A DNA stretch of 64,000 bases from Isoptericola halotolerans (GTDB lineage Bacteria; Actinomycetota; Actinomycetes; Actinomycetales; Cellulomonadaceae), in NCBI RefSeq assembly GCF_013149785.1, contig NZ_JABEZU010000001.1, positions 1,488,001 through 1,552,000 on the forward strand. Direction: 5' to 3'. The translations under genes and the position numbers were made by a program. Of this stretch, positions 1 through 10,852 are shown piece after piece. Each line of letters begins with the position of its first letter. Within the stretch, counting starts at the first letter, position 1. The notes beneath the pieces were generated by a model that saw only the letters and a list, made by a program, of their open reading frames with translations, did no database searches and was not told the origin of the DNA.

Positions 1-54
1 TACCGGCACGTCGGGTTCGAGCGGGTCGGCACCTTCTCCACGGTGCTGTTCTGA
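1..54 (+). CDS. 3' end of a probable GNAT-family acetyltransferase (partial)
   Basis: Reads YRHVGFERVGTFSTVLF*, a Y-x-x-x-GF GNAT C-terminal motif of the kind usually found upstream of proS in actinomycetes; 5' part lies outside the window. Confidence 0.55.
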   Translation, partial: YRHVGFERVGTFSTVLF

Positions 55-79
55 GCGCCGCGGTCCTGCTCACGCCTGG

Positions 80-985
80 TCAGCGCAGGAACTTCGACGT
101 GCGTCGGTCGGCCAGCGCCTGCCCGCCGGTCTGGCACGTCGCGCAGTACTGCAGGGAGCTGTCAGCGAAGCTCACCTCGCGCACGGTGTCCCCGCACACG
201 GGGCAGGTCTCGCCGGTGCGGCCGTGCACACGCATCGCGGTGCGCTTGGCGTCCTTGAGCTGCTCGGCGGGCCGGCCCACCGACGCGGCGACGGCAGCGC
301 GCAGGGTCTCGACGACCGTGACGTGCAGGGCGGCGACGTCGTCGTCGGTGAGCGACCGGGTGAGCCGGAAGGGCGACATGCCGGCCGCGTGCAGGATCTC
401 GTCCGAGTAGGCGTTGCCGATCCCTGCGATCGCGTGCTGGTCGCGCAGCAGCCCCTTGACCTGCTGGTTGCGGGCGTTCAGCAGGTCCTCGAGCGCCTCC
501 GGGGTGAACTGCGCGGACAGCGGCTCGATCCCGAGGGTGCGCACCTGCTCGACCTCCTGCGGGTCGCGGACGACGTGCACCGCGAGGCGCTTGCGGGTGC
601 CTGCCTCGGTGAGGTCGATGCCCGACCCGTCGTCGAGGCGCAGGCGGAGCGCCAGCGCCGCGCCTCTCGACGAGCCTCCGAGGCGGGGACGCACGGGTGT
701 GGTCGGGGCGGTCTCGTGCCAGCGCACCCAACCGCCGCGTGCCAGGTGGAAGACGAGGTGCAGGGCGCCGGGCTCCGACGCCCGCGGGTCCGGCGCGACG
801 GCGAGGTCCAGCCACTTGCCGTGCCGGACGGCGCCGTCGACCGTCCCACCGACGAGAGCGGTGACCGGCGGGTGGTGGGTCTTGAGCGCCGCGATCGCCG
901 CGACGTCGGCGGACACGACGGTTCGTCCGGTCGTCCGTTCGTCGAGGAACCGGGCGAGCGCCTCGACCTCGGGCAGCTCGGGCAT
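80..985 (-). CDS. Fpg/Nei family DNA glycosylase/AP lyase
   Basis: N-terminal MPELPEV, H2TH motif (IAGIGNAYSDEIL), C-terminal zinc finger CPVC...CATCQ; start trimmed to ATG 985 within ORF 80..2887. Confidence 0.92.
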   Translation of the reverse strand: MPELPEVEALARFLDERTTGRTVVSADVAAIAALKTHHPPVTALVGGTVDGAVRHGKWLDLAVAPDPRASEPGALHLVFHLARGGWVRWHETAPTTPVRPRLGGSSRGAALALRLRLDDGSGIDLTEAGTRKRLAVHVVRDPQEVEQVRTLGIEPLSAQFTPEALEDLLNARNQQVKGLLRDQHAIAGIGNAYSDEILHAAGMSPFRLTRSLTDDDVAALHVTVVETLRAAVAASVGRPAEQLKDAKRTAMRVHGRTGETCPVCGDTVREVSFADSSLQYCATCQTGGQALADRRTSKFLR

Positions 986-1033
986 GCACCCAGTGTCGCC
1001 GAAGCACCCGGTGCGCGCCGCTAGGCTGGGCGC

Positions 1034-2881
1034 ATGTCGATCGCGTCCCCCCGCAGCGCCGCCCGTCGTGGTGACCTGCTGAGGCTCTCCTCCTTGTTCG
1101 TCCGTACACTGCGCGAGGACCCGGTTGACGCCGAGGTCGCCAGCCACCGGCTGCTCGTGCGGGCCGGCTACATCCGCCGTGCGGCTCCGGGGGTCTACTC
1201 CTGGCTGCCCCTGGGGCTGCGGGTCCTGGCGAAGGTCGAGGCCGTCGTCCGCGAGGAGATGAACGCCATCGGCGCCCAGGAGGTCCACTTCCCGGCGCTG
1301 CTGCCGCGCGAGCCCTACGAGGCGACCGGACGCTGGAGCGAGTACGGCCCGAACCTCTTCCGGCTCCAGGACCGCAAGCAGGCGGACTACCTGCTCGCCC
1401 CGACGCACGAGGAGATGTTCACGCTCCTGGTCAAGGACCTGTACTCCTCGTACAAGGACCTCCCGCTGGCCCTGTACCAGGTCCAGACGAAGTACCGCGA
1501 CGAGGCGCGCCCGCGCGCCGGCCTGATCCGCGGCCGTGAGTTCATCATGAAGGACGCCTACTCCTTCGACATCGACGACGAGGGCCTGGCGCAGGCGTAC
1601 GAGCGCCAGCGCGGCGCCTACCAGCGGATCTTCGAGCGGCTCGGCCTGGACTTCGTCATCGTCTCGGCGACCTCGGGGGCCATGGGCGGGTCGCGCTCGG
1701 AGGAGTTCCTGTCGCCGTCGCCGATCGGTGAGGACACGTTCGTGCGGTCCGCCGGCGGCTACGCGGCGAACGTCGAGGCCGTGGTCACGACGGTGCCGGA
1801 CCCCGTGCCCTCCGACGACGCCCCGGCGGCGCACGTCGAGGACACACCGGACACGCCGACCATCGCCACGCTGGTGGACGTCGCCAACTCCGCGCACGCG
1901 CGGCCGGACCGGGCCTGGACGGCCGCCGACACGCTCAAGAACGTCGTGCTCGCCGTGAGGCAGCCCGACGGGTCGCGCGAGCTGTTGGTCGTCGGCCTGC
2001 CGGGGGACCGTGAGGTCGACGTCAAGCGGCTCGAGGCCGCCCTCGCGCCCGCCGAGGCGGAGCCCGCCACCGACGCCGACTTCGCGGCCCATCCCGAGCT
2101 GGTCAAGGGCTACATCGGCCCGGGCGTGCTCGGACCTCAGGGCAAGCAGCTGATCGACGCGGAGACCGGCGAGCCGCGTTCCGCGATCCGGTACCTGCTC
2201 GACCCGCGTGTGGTGGCGGGGACCCGGTGGATCACCGGGGCCGACGCACCCGGCAAGCACGTCTTCGACCTCGTCGCGGAGCGCGACTTCACCGCCGACG
2301 GCACCATCGAGGCCGCCGAGGTCCGGGCGGGCGACCCTGCTCCGGACGGCTCCGGGCCGCTCGAGCTGGCCCGTGGCATCGAGATCGGCCACATCTTCCA
2401 GCTCGGCCGCAAGTACGCCGAGGCGCTCGACCTCAAGGTCCTCGACCCGAACGGCAAGCAGACGGTCGTCACGATGGGCTCGTACGGGATCGGCGTCACC
2501 CGGGTGCTCGCCGCGCTCGCCGAGGCTCACCACGACGATCGCGGCCTGGCCTGGCCCGCGCACGTCGCCCCGGCCCACGTGCACGTGGTCGCGACGGGCA
2601 AGGGCGCCGAGGTGTTCGACGCCGCCGCCGACATCGCCGAGGGCCTGGCCGACCGGGGGGTCGAGGTCATCTACGACGACCGGCCCAAGGTGTCGCCCGG
2701 CGTGAAGTTCAAGGACGCCGAGCTGTTCGGCGTGCCGCTGCTCGTCGTCGTGGGCCGCGGGCTGGCAGACGGCGTGGTGGAGGTGCGCCCGCGGGCCGGT
2801 GACGCGGTGCAGGTGGCGGTGGCCGAGGCCGTGACGACGGTCGTCGACCGGGTCGAGGAGATGCTGTCCCGGAACGGGTGA
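1034..2881 (+). CDS. proS: Prolyl-tRNA synthetase (with insertion editing domain)
   Basis: [69 protein letters not shown] -10 at 1022-1027 supports a leaderless ATG 1034. Confidence 0.97.
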   Translation: MSIASPRSAARRGDLLRLSSLFVRTLREDPVDAEVASHRLLVRAGYIRRAAPGVYSWLPLGLRVLAKVEAVVREEMNAIGAQEVHFPALLPREPYEATGRWSEYGPNLFRLQDRKQADYLLAPTHEEMFTLLVKDLYSSYKDLPLALYQVQTKYRDEARPRAGLIRGREFIMKDAYSFDIDDEGLAQAYERQRGAYQRIFERLGLDFVIVSATSGAMGGSRSEEFLSPSPIGEDTFVRSAGGYAANVEAVVTTVPDPVPSDDAPAAHVEDTPDTPTIATLVDVANSAHARPDRAWTAADTLKNVVLAVRQPDGSRELLVVGLPGDREVDVKRLEAALAPAEAEPATDADFAAHPELVKGYIGPGVLGPQGKQLIDAETGEPRSAIRYLLDPRVVAGTRWITGADAPGKHVFDLVAERDFTADGTIEAAEVRAGDPAPDGSGPLELARGIEIGHIFQLGRKYAEALDLKVLDPNGKQTVVTMGSYGIGVTRVLAALAEAHHDDRGLAWPAHVAPAHVHVVATGKGAEVFDAAADIAEGLADRGVEVIYDDRPKVSPGVKFKDAELFGVPLLVVVGRGLADGVVEVRPRAGDAVQVAVAEAVTTVVDRVEEMLSRNG

Positions 2882-2903
2882 CGGCACCGGCCCAGGACTG
2901 GCG

Positions 2904-4073
2904 TCAGTCCTGCTGCTCGGGCAGGCCGGGGAACGGTACGGGGTCGGCGCCCCAGTCGTCGAGGACGACGGCGGACTCCACGAGGAGGTCGACCAGGATC
3001 GCCCGCGTGCTCGGGGCCGTCGTCCCGATCAAGGTGGCGTAGCCGGTGGCCAGGTCGTTCTCGACCGCCCGCACCAGGGCGGCGTCGCCGGGTTCGCGCG
3101 GCACGGCGTAGGCGACCTGGCGTGGGTCCTGGTCGGTGCGGCTGGTCCCGGCGACGTCCGCCCACGCCTGCGCGCGGGCGGTGTGCTGGTCGGCCCGGTC
3201 GGCCAGGCGCTCCCGCTCGTCACCGGACGTCAGCGCGGCGCGGAGCCGCAGCGCGTAGCCGGCGGAGTCCTCGGACTCGACGAGCGTGCGCAGGTCGCTC
3301 GCCGTGAGCCCGCGAGGCACCACCGCCGGCTCGTCGGAGTCGGGCACGGTGCTCGAGATCCCGTCCGGTGCCACGTCCTCGGAGGGCTCGTCCGAGGGCT
3401 CGACCTCGGCCGGCGCGGCGAGCAGCGACAGGGCCGAGGCGGCGTCGTCCGAGGGCTCGGCCGCGCTGTCGTCCTCCTCCTCGTCGCCCGGGGCGATCTC
3501 GGCCGGCCGGGGGACGACCGGGACGACCGGGGGCGGCAGGTCACCGTCGACGTACTCCACGACGCGACGCGCCGAGACGGCCTGTGCGGCACCGACGGAG
3601 GCCAGGAGCCGGGCGAGCGGACCGTCGCCGGTCGTACCGGCGGCGGTGCGGCTGCGGCCGGAGGCGTCCACGAGCGCGTCGACCACGTCCTGCAGGCTCG
3701 TCCGCTCCTCGTCCGCGGAGGTCTCCGGGGACGACTCGGGAGAGCCTTCCGGCTCCAGCCCGGAGTCGTACTCGCCGCCGAGCTCGTCGGCCTGCTCGCG
3801 TGACTCGGTGGCGACCCGCTCGAGCTCGGCCGTGAGCCTCGGCCGGCGACCGTCGAGCCGGTCGATCGCGACCTCCGCCAGCTCGGCGACGTAGAGGGCG
3901 TCGGAGACCGCTGTCCTGCGCACGATCTCGATGGTGTCGGGGACGGGCTCCCCCGGCGGGGGCGTCTCGAGCCGCAGCCCGCAACCCGACAGCACGACGG
4001 CGACGACCAGGCCGACGACGGCGACCCGGCCACGACGTCGGGTCGCCGGGGCTGGGGTGGGGTGCGGTTCCAT
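2904..4073 (-). CDS. Putative lipoprotein, DUF4439/ferritin-like domain protein
   Basis: Signal peptide with lipobox VLSGC, acidic linker, C-terminal WGADPVPFPGL; usual position divergent from rimP. Confidence 0.7.
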   Translation of the reverse strand: MEPHPTPAPATRRRGRVAVVGLVVAVVLSGCGLRLETPPPGEPVPDTIEIVRRTAVSDALYVAELAEVAIDRLDGRRPRLTAELERVATESREQADELGGEYDSGLEPEGSPESSPETSADEERTSLQDVVDALVDASGRSRTAAGTTGDGPLARLLASVGAAQAVSARRVVEYVDGDLPPPVVPVVPRPAEIAPGDEEEDDSAAEPSDDAASALSLLAAPAEVEPSDEPSEDVAPDGISSTVPDSDEPAVVPRGLTASDLRTLVESEDSAGYALRLRAALTSGDERERLADRADQHTARAQAWADVAGTSRTDQDPRQVAYAVPREPGDAALVRAVENDLATGYATLIGTTAPSTRAILVDLLVESAVVLDDWGADPVPFPGLPEQQD

Positions 4074-4237
4074 CGTGCCTGATCTTGCCACGTCGCGATG
4101 TGACGTTCCTCCACCTGGTGGCGCGGGTCGTTCGGCACGCGTGCCCTGCGGCGTTCGTTAGGCTGGACGACGCACGACGTACAACGACACACCGGCCGCG
4201 GGACGTCCCGGCGCGGGAGAACCCACGGGAGGCATCC

Positions 4238-4762
4238 ATGGCAGCAGAGCGGAGCCATACCTCGGACGATCGTGTCCGGTCGGTGGTGGGCCCGGTCGTC
4301 GATTCCGCCGGGCTGTACCTCGAGGACGCACGCGTGGTGCGGGCGGGAAACCGGTCCGTGGTGCGGATCACGATCGACCTGACGCAGGACGAGCTCGGGA
4401 GCCTGGACTCGGACCGGCTCGGGGACGCCTCGCGCGCGATCTCGGCCGCCCTCGACGAGGCCGACGTCGTCCGGGGCCAGTACACGCTCGAGGTGTCGAC
4501 GCCCGGCGCCTCGCGCCCGTTGACGGAGCCTCGCCACTTCCGCCGCGCGCGGACGCGCCGGGTCGTCCTGACGCTGGTCGACGGCGGTGCGGCGTCGGGC
4601 CGGCTGCGCGACGTGGTCGGCGCGGCGGGCGACGAGGAGCTGGTGCTCGACGACGGGACGCACATCGCGCTCGCGCAGGTGCGCCGGGGCAAGGTCGAGG
4701 TCGAGCTGAAGCGGCTCGAGGACGAAGATGCGGGCGCCGCCCGCGACGGTGAGGAGGGCTGA
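4238..4762 (+). CDS. rimP: Ribosome maturation factor RimP
   Basis: [30 protein letters not shown] before ATG 4238; precedes nusA. Confidence 0.95.
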   Translation: MAAERSHTSDDRVRSVVGPVVDSAGLYLEDARVVRAGNRSVVRITIDLTQDELGSLDSDRLGDASRAISAALDEADVVRGQYTLEVSTPGASRPLTEPRHFRRARTRRVVLTLVDGGAASGRLRDVVGAAGDEELVLDDGTHIALAQVRRGKVEVELKRLEDEDAGAARDGEEG

Positions 4763-4764
4763 CG

Positions 4765-5805
4765 ATGGACATCGACATGAGTGCGCTGAGACTTCTGGAG
4801 CGCGAGAGGGAGATCAGCCTGGACGTCCTGGTCGGGGCCATCGAGGAGGCGCTCCTGTCCGCCTACCACCGGACGCCGGACGCCTATCAGAACGCCCGGG
4901 TCGAGCTCGACCGGCGTTCCGGACACGTCACGGTCCACGCCCGCGAGGCGATCCGCACCCCGGACCCCGAAGATCCCGAGGGACGCGACCTCGTCGAGCT
5001 CGGACCGGAGTTCGACCACACACCGGCGAACTTCGGCCGCATCGCGACCGCCACGGCGCGCCAGGTCATCGTCCAGCGACTGCGTGACGCCGAGGACGAC
5101 CAGGTCCTGGGCATGTTCCGCGGCAAGGAGGGCGAGGTGCTCGCGGGCGTGATCCAGCAGGGCCGCGACCCCCGGGTCGTCCTCGTCGACGTCGGCGGTA
5201 CCGAGGCCGTGCTGCCGCCGCACGAGCAGGTGCCGGGTGAGGACTACACCCACGGCGAGCGCCTGCGCGGCTACGTGGTGGAGGTCTCACGGGGGATGAA
5301 GGGCGCTCAGGTCACCCTGAGCCGCACGCATCCCGGGCTGGTGCGCAAGCTGTTCGAGCTCGAGGTCCCGGAGGTCGCCGACGGGTCGGTGGAGATCACC
5401 GCCGTGGCGCGCGAGGCCGGGCACCGCACGAAGGTCGCGGTGCGTTCGAAGGTCAGCGGGCTCAACGCGAAGGGTGCCTGCATCGGTCCGATGGGTTCGC
5501 GTGTCCGTGCCGTGATGGCTGAGCTGCACGGCGAGAAGATCGATCTGGTCGACCACAGCGACGACCCGGCCCGCTTCGTGGCCAACGCCCTGTCGCCTGC
5601 TCGTGTGAGCTCGGTCACGGTCGTGGACGCCGACGCCCGGGCGGCGCGTGCCGTCGTCCCGGACTACCAGCTGTCGCTCGCGATCGGCAAGGAAGGGCAG
5701 AACGCCCGCCTTGCGGCCAAGCTCACCGGGTGGCGGATCGACATCCGCTCGGACGAGGAGTCGACGGGGTCGGGCGCCGAGGGTGCGCCGGACGAGGACG
5801 CCTGA
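4765..5805 (+). CDS. nusA: Transcription termination/antitermination factor NusA
   Basis: [14 protein letters not shown]1 and KH domains, [27 protein letters not shown]. Confidence 0.97.
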   Translation: MDIDMSALRLLEREREISLDVLVGAIEEALLSAYHRTPDAYQNARVELDRRSGHVTVHAREAIRTPDPEDPEGRDLVELGPEFDHTPANFGRIATATARQVIVQRLRDAEDDQVLGMFRGKEGEVLAGVIQQGRDPRVVLVDVGGTEAVLPPHEQVPGEDYTHGERLRGYVVEVSRGMKGAQVTLSRTHPGLVRKLFELEVPEVADGSVEITAVAREAGHRTKVAVRSKVSGLNAKGACIGPMGSRVRAVMAELHGEKIDLVDHSDDPARFVANALSPARVSSVTVVDADARAARAVVPDYQLSLAIGKEGQNARLAAKLTGWRIDIRSDEESTGSGAEGAPDEDA

Positions 5806-5819
5806 GCTGGTCGAGAGCC

Positions 5820-6179
5820 GTGAGCAGTCACGTTAGACTGGCCAGGACCGGGTCACGCGACCAGGGTCCGACGCGCCCGCACCATTCCACGCCCACGTCG
5901 GCGGGACCGGTGCGCACCTGCGTCGGATGCCGGGACCGTGACCTGCGGTCGGACCTCCTGCGGCTGGTGCTCGCGGCGGCCGACGGCGTACCCGCGGGGG
6001 AACCTCGGGTGGTCGTGGACGTCCGTGGGAGCCTGTCGGGGCGAGGGGCCTGGATCCATCCGGTCCTCGCCTGCCTGGATCTCGCCGTCCGGCGGCGAGC
6101 CGTGCCGCGCGCTCTGCGTGCTGCCGGCCCGCTCGACCTGACGGCGGTCCGGGCATATCTGGAGCAGCAGGACCGTTGA
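5820..6179 (+). CDS. ylxR: YlxR/DUF448 family RNA-binding protein
   Basis: PVRTCVGCR...GRGAWIH...CL...RALR; between nusA and infB; start uncertain (GTG 5820 or later). Confidence 0.85.
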   Translation: MSSHVRLARTGSRDQGPTRPHHSTPTSAGPVRTCVGCRDRDLRSDLLRLVLAAADGVPAGEPRVVVDVRGSLSGRGAWIHPVLACLDLAVRRRAVPRALRAAGPLDLTAVRAYLEQQDR

Positions 6180-6279
6180 ACGACCTGGCGGCACCGTCGG
6201 TGCCGCCCGGCTGACACGACCGGACGCCATCGTCCGGCCGCACCACGCGTACATCGACAAGGAAGCGGGTCAGAAGCCG

Positions 6280-6322
6280 ATGGGCACCCGATGAGTCCCC
6301 AGCGATGAGTACTCGGTACTAA
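6280..6322 (+). promoter_or_regulatory. Chain of three ATGA-coupled micro-ORFs upstream of infB (MGTR 6280-6294, MSPQR 6291-6308, MSTRY 6305-6322)
   Basis: Read directly: ATG GGC ACC CGA TGA / ATG AGT CCC CAG CGA TGA / ATG AGT ACT CGG TAC TAA, each start overlapping the previous stop; function inferred. Confidence 0.6.
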
Positions 6323-6333
6323 CGACGGTCCTG

Positions 6334-6359
6334 CCTGTTCTCGGTGGGGCCGAGACAGG
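6334..6359 (+). promoter_or_regulatory. Hairpin overlapping the infB Shine-Dalgarno
   Basis: CCTG-T-TCTCGGT / GCCGAGA-CAGG stem; the 3' arm includes AGG of the SD AGGAGA (6357-6362). Confidence 0.5.
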
Positions 6360-6365
6360 AGAGAT

Positions 6366-9251
6366 GTGGCGAAGATCCGCGTCCACGAGCTGGCGAAGCA
6401 GCTCGGAGTGGAGAGCAAGACCTTGATGGCCGAGCTGAAGGCGTCGGGCGAGTTCGTCCGATCGGCCTCCTCGACCCTCGAGGCACCGGTCGAGCGCACG
6501 ATGCGCGACAAGTTCCAGGGCGGCGCCGGCGGTGAGCAGGGTGCGAAGAGCGCTCCGGCCGCGGCGAAGAAGCCCGCAGCGCCCAAGCCGGGCGCTCGGA
6601 ACGCGCCGGCGAAGCCTGCCCCGGCCGAGCCCGCGGCCGCACCGGCCGATGAGCCCGCGGCGGCACAGCCCGCGCCCGCACCCGAGGCCACGCCTCGGGC
6701 GGAAGCCGAGCCCGCGGCCGAGGCGTCGAAGGCGGCCGCACCTCGCTCGGGTGGTGCGCCCAAGCCGGGTGCCGCCCCGAAGCCGGGTGCTGCGCCCAAG
6801 CCTGCGGCTGCGCCCAAGCCTGCTGCGGGGCCGAAGCCGGGCTCCAAGCCCGCGGGCCAGCAGCGGTCCGGTGGCCGCGGTGGCAGCCCTCGACCGGGCA
6901 ACAACCCCTATGCCTCGCAGCAGGGCATGCAGCGCTCGGGCGGTCCCCGCCCGGGCAACAACCCGTACGCGTCGCAGCAGGGTATGCAGCGCCCGCAGCG
7001 GGGCGAGTCCGGACCGGCCGCCCAGGGCGAGCGTCCTGGTGGCCCCCGCCCGGGTGGCCCGCGCCCCGCGGCTCCGCGCCCCGGCGGTCCGCGCCCCAAC
7101 CCGGGCATGATGCCCGGCAAGACGAGCATGCCCCGCCCGGGCGAGCGTCCGGCCGCGGGCGGTCGCGGTGGTGGCGGCGGTCGTGGTCGTGGCGGTCAGG
7201 GCGGCGGTCCCGGTGGCCCCGGTGGTGCCGGTGCGGCCCCCGGTGGTCGCGGAGGCGGCATGCGTCCTGGCGGCGGCGGTGGCTTCCGCGGTCGCGGTGG
7301 TGCCGGTCGCGGCAGCACGCAGGGTGCGTTCGGTCGTGCCGGCGGTCGTCCCGTCCGGGGACGGAAGTCGAAGCGGGCGAAGCGCCAGGAGTTCGAGGCG
7401 ATGCAGGCTCCGTCGCTCGGTGGCGTCAGCGTCCCGCGCGGCAACGGTCAGACGGTCGTCCGCCTGCGCCACGGCGCCTCGCTGAACGACTTCGCCGACA
7501 AGATCGACGCGAACCCTGCGTCGCTCGTCACCGTGCTGTTCCACCTCGGTGAGATGGCGACGGCGACGCAGTCCCTCGACGAGGACACCTTCGCGACGCT
7601 GGGCGTCGAGCTCGGCTACCGGATCGAGATGGTCTCCGCCGAGGAGGAGGACCGCGAGCTGCTCGGGGCCTTCGACATCGACCTCGAGGCCGAGGAGGCC
7701 GCCGAGGACGACGAGGACCTGTTCCCGCGTCCGCCGGTCGTGACCGTCATGGGTCACGTCGACCACGGTAAGACCAAGCTGCTCGACGCCATCCGTTCCA
7801 CCGATGTGGTGGCCGGTGAAGCGGGCGGGATCACCCAGCACATCGGTGCCTACCAGGTCCACACCGAGCACGAGGGTGCGGACCGTGCCGTGACGTTCAT
7901 CGACACGCCGGGCCACGAGGCGTTCACCGCCATGCGTGCCCGTGGTGCCAAGGTCACGGACATCGCGATCCTCGTGGTGGCCGCGGACGACGGCGTGATG
8001 CCGCAGACGATCGAGGCGCTGAACCACGCCCAGGCGGCCGATGTGCCGATCGTGGTCGCGGTCAACAAGGTGGACAAGGAGGGCGCGAACCCGGACAAGA
8101 TCCGTCAGCAGCTCACCGAGTACAACCTGGTGGCCGAGGAGTACGGCGGCGAGACGATGTTCGTCGACGTCTCCGCCCTGCGGCGTCAGGGCATCGACGC
8201 GTTGCTGGAGGCCGTGCTGCTCACGGCGGACGCGGCGCTCGACCTGCGGGCCAACCCTGAGAAGGACGCCCGCGGTGTCGCGATCGAGGCACACCTCGAC
8301 AAGGGCCGCGGCCCGGTGGCCACGGTGCTGGTGCAGTCCGGCACGCTGAGCGTCGGTGACGCGATCGTCGCGGGCACGGCGCACGGGCGCGTGCGCGCCA
8401 TGTTCGACGAGCACGGCGAGTCGGTCCGCGAGGCGGGCCCGGCGCGCCCGGTCCTGGTGCTGGGGCTCGCCTCGGTGCCGGGTGCCGGGGACACCTTCCT
8501 GGTGGCTCCGGACGAGCGGACCGGTCGGCAGATCGCCGAGAAGCGCGAGGCGGCCGAGCGTGCTGCCCTCCTGGCGAAGCGTCGCAAGCGCATCAGCCTC
8601 GAGGACTTCACCAAGGCGCTGGAGCAGGGCAAGGTCGAGACCCTCAACCTGGTCCTCAAGGGCGACGTCTCCGGTGCCGTGGAGGCACTCGAGGACGCGC
8701 TGCTCAAGATCGACGTGGGCGACGAGGTCGACCTGCGGGTCATCCACCGCGGTGTCGGCGACATCACGCAGAACGACGTGAACCTGGCCACGGTGGACAA
8801 CGCCGTGATCATCGGCTTCAACGTCCGTTACGGCGAGCGTGTCGAGGACCTGGCGGAGCGCGAGGGCGTGGACGTCAAGTTCTACTCGGTCATCTACCAG
8901 GCGATCGACGACATCGAGGCGGCCCTCAAGGGCATGCTCAAGCCGGAGTTCGAGGAGGCGAAGCTCGGCAGCGCCGAGATCCGCCAGGTCTTCCGTTCCT
9001 CCAAGTTCGGCAACATCGCCGGTTCGATCGTCCGGTCCGGCACCATCCGACGGAACTCCAAGGCGCGCGTCCTGCGCGACGGCAAGGTCGTCGGGGACAA
9101 CCTCACGGTGGAGTCGCTGCGACGCGAGAAGGATGACGTCACCGAGGTCCGCGAGGGCTTCGAGTGCGGTATCGGTCTCGGGTCGTTCAACGACGTCACC
9201 GAGGGTGACATCATCGAGACCTTCGAGATGCGCGAGATCCCGCGCGACTGA
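6366..9251 (+). CDS. infB: Translation initiation factor IF-2
   Basis: [12 protein letters not shown]-terminus, Pro/Gly/Ala-rich linker, [33 protein letters not shown] start. Confidence 0.98.
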   Translation: MAKIRVHELAKQLGVESKTLMAELKASGEFVRSASSTLEAPVERTMRDKFQGGAGGEQGAKSAPAAAKKPAAPKPGARNAPAKPAPAEPAAAPADEPAAAQPAPAPEATPRAEAEPAAEASKAAAPRSGGAPKPGAAPKPGAAPKPAAAPKPAAGPKPGSKPAGQQRSGGRGGSPRPGNNPYASQQGMQRSGGPRPGNNPYASQQGMQRPQRGESGPAAQGERPGGPRPGGPRPAAPRPGGPRPNPGMMPGKTSMPRPGERPAAGGRGGGGGRGRGGQGGGPGGPGGAGAAPGGRGGGMRPGGGGGFRGRGGAGRGSTQGAFGRAGGRPVRGRKSKRAKRQEFEAMQAPSLGGVSVPRGNGQTVVRLRHGASLNDFADKIDANPASLVTVLFHLGEMATATQSLDEDTFATLGVELGYRIEMVSAEEEDRELLGAFDIDLEAEEAAEDDEDLFPRPPVVTVMGHVDHGKTKLLDAIRSTDVVAGEAGGITQHIGAYQVHTEHEGADRAVTFIDTPGHEAFTAMRARGAKVTDIAILVVAADDGVMPQTIEALNHAQAADVPIVVAVNKVDKEGANPDKIRQQLTEYNLVAEEYGGETMFVDVSALRRQGIDALLEAVLLTADAALDLRANPEKDARGVAIEAHLDKGRGPVATVLVQSGTLSVGDAIVAGTAHGRVRAMFDEHGESVREAGPARPVLVLGLASVPGAGDTFLVAPDERTGRQIAEKREAAERAALLAKRRKRISLEDFTKALEQGKVETLNLVLKGDVSGAVEALEDALLKIDVGDEVDLRVIHRGVGDITQNDVNLATVDNAVIIGFNVRYGERVEDLAEREGVDVKFYSVIYQAIDDIEAALKGMLKPEFEEAKLGSAEIRQVFRSSKFGNIAGSIVRSGTIRRNSKARVLRDGKVVGDNLTVESLRREKDDVTEVREGFECGIGLGSFNDVTEGDIIETFEMREIPRD

Positions 9252-9261
9252 GGTCGACAAC

Positions 9262-9321
9262 CGCCGACGGCGTCCCGCCCGTCCCGCTGACCGCAGCGGT
9301 GGCGGCGGGGCGCCGTCGGCG
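9262..9321 (+). terminator. Long GC-rich stem-loop between infB and rbfA
   Basis: 18-bp stem 9262-9279/9304-9321 with an inner CCGCTG/CAGCGG helix; could be a terminator or a processing/stability element. Confidence 0.5.
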
Positions 9322-9339
9322 TCACGAGAGGGAGCACGG

Positions 9340-9762
9340 ATGAGTGAGAACCCCAGGGCCCGCAAGCTGGCGGACCGCATCAAGGAGATCGTCGCGCAGC
9401 TGCTCGACACCCGGATCAAGGACCCCCGGCTCGGGTTCGTCACGATCACGGACGTGCGCGTCACCGGTGATCTGCAGCAGGCGTCGGTGTTCTACACGGT
9501 GTACGGCGACGAGGAGGCGCACGCCGGGACCGCCGCGGCGTTGGAGAGCGCCAAGGGCATGATCCGTTCGGAGGTGGGCAAGCAGACCCAGATGCGGCTG
9601 ACCCCCAGCATCGAGTTCCACCTCGACTCGGTTCCGGAGACCGCGGCCCACCTGGACGCAGCACTGATCGAGGCGCGTCGGCGGGATGCCGAGCTGGCGG
9701 CGCTGCGTGAGGGCAAGCAGCCGGCCGGCGACGCGGACCCGTACCGCACCGACGACGACTGA
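9340..9762 (+). CDS. rbfA: Ribosome-binding factor A
   Basis: [38 protein letters not shown]. Confidence 0.96.
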   Translation: MSENPRARKLADRIKEIVAQLLDTRIKDPRLGFVTITDVRVTGDLQQASVFYTVYGDEEAHAGTAAALESAKGMIRSEVGKQTQMRLTPSIEFHLDSVPETAAHLDAALIEARRRDAELAALREGKQPAGDADPYRTDDD

Positions 9763-9781
9763 CCGCGGGACGGGAGCACAC

Positions 9782-10744
9782 GTGGTGGACCAGCGGCGCG
9801 AACGGCCGCCTCGGCGACCGACGGCACCGGACGGCTTCCTCGTCGTCGACAAGCCTGCCGGGCTGACGAGCCACGACGTCGTCGCGCGGTGTCGGCGCCT
9901 GGCCGGGACACGCAAGGTGGGGCACGCCGGCACCCTCGACCCGATGGCCACGGGAGTGCTGGTCGTCGGCGTCGGTCGGGCCACCCGTCTGCTGACCTAC
10001 GTCGTCGGCGCCGACAAGGAGTACGACGCCACGATCCGGCTGGGCGTCGGCACGACGACGGACGACGCCGAGGGTGCTGTCGTCTCCGCACCCGGGGTCG
10101 GGCAGGGCGTGGAGCGCGCTGCGCTCGAGTCCGCGGTGGCGGCCCTCACCGGTGAGATCGAGCAGGTGCCGACCACGGTCAGCGCGATCAAGGTCGACGG
10201 GAAGCGTGCCTACGACCTGGCCCGCGCGGGCGAGGAGGTGCAGCTCGCGGCGCGCCCGGTCATCGTCAGCACCTTCGACGTCCTCGCGGTGCGCCCCGGC
10301 CTGTCCGACGACGGCACGTCCGTGCTCGACCTGGACGCCCGGGTGGTCGTCTCGTCGGGGACCTACGTCCGGGCGCTCGCCCGCGACCTCGGTGCGGCCC
10401 TGGGGACGGCAGGGCACCTCACCGCGCTGCGGCGCACGCGGGTGGGCGGCTACGACCTCGCCCGGGCCCGGAGCCTGGAGCAGCTCGAGCACCAGGCGGA
10501 CGACGACGGTGTGCTGGCCACGACGCCGCTCGCCGACGCCGCGCGCGCGACCTTCGCCGTGCGTGACCTGACCGATGCCGAGGCCAGAGCGCTCGGCTAC
10601 GGGCAGTGGGTGGCGCCGTCGGGCACGGACGGCACGGTGGCCGGCGTGGGGCCCGACGGTGCGCTCGTCGCGCTCCTCGAGGACACGTCACGTCGCGGCG
10701 AGCAGCTCGCCAAGCCGGTCCTCGTGCTCGCGCCGGCGCCCTGA
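9782..10744 (+). CDS. truB: tRNA pseudouridine(55) synthase TruB
   Basis: VVDKPAGLTSHDVV, KVGHAGTLDPMATGVL, SAIKVDGKRAY, SSGTYVRALARD. Confidence 0.96.
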   Translation: MVDQRRERPPRRPTAPDGFLVVDKPAGLTSHDVVARCRRLAGTRKVGHAGTLDPMATGVLVVGVGRATRLLTYVVGADKEYDATIRLGVGTTTDDAEGAVVSAPGVGQGVERAALESAVAALTGEIEQVPTTVSAIKVDGKRAYDLARAGEEVQLAARPVIVSTFDVLAVRPGLSDDGTSVLDLDARVVVSSGTYVRALARDLGAALGTAGHLTALRRTRVGGYDLARARSLEQLEHQADDDGVLATTPLADAARATFAVRDLTDAEARALGYGQWVAPSGTDGTVAGVGPDGALVALLEDTSRRGEQLAKPVLVLAPAP

Positions 10745-10852
10745 GGAGGAGAGCTCGCACGAGGCGGGTCGGCTCCTCGAGGGCGCCGGGGCTACTCTTG
10801 ACGGTCGGCGCCCCACCGGGCGTCGACGGCTGAGCGGATGGGAGCGGCGCGC

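Noticed and set aside
986..2887. 935-aa ORF 80..2887 as a large Fpg fusion
   Set aside because: The upstream part is the antisense shadow of proS; Fpg/Nei enzymes need the N-terminal Pro of MPELPEV at 985.
6270..9464. 1064-aa antisense ORF over infB (also 11671..14505 over pnp)
   Set aside because: Stop-free antisense frames are expected from high-GC codon bias; no recognisable domains.
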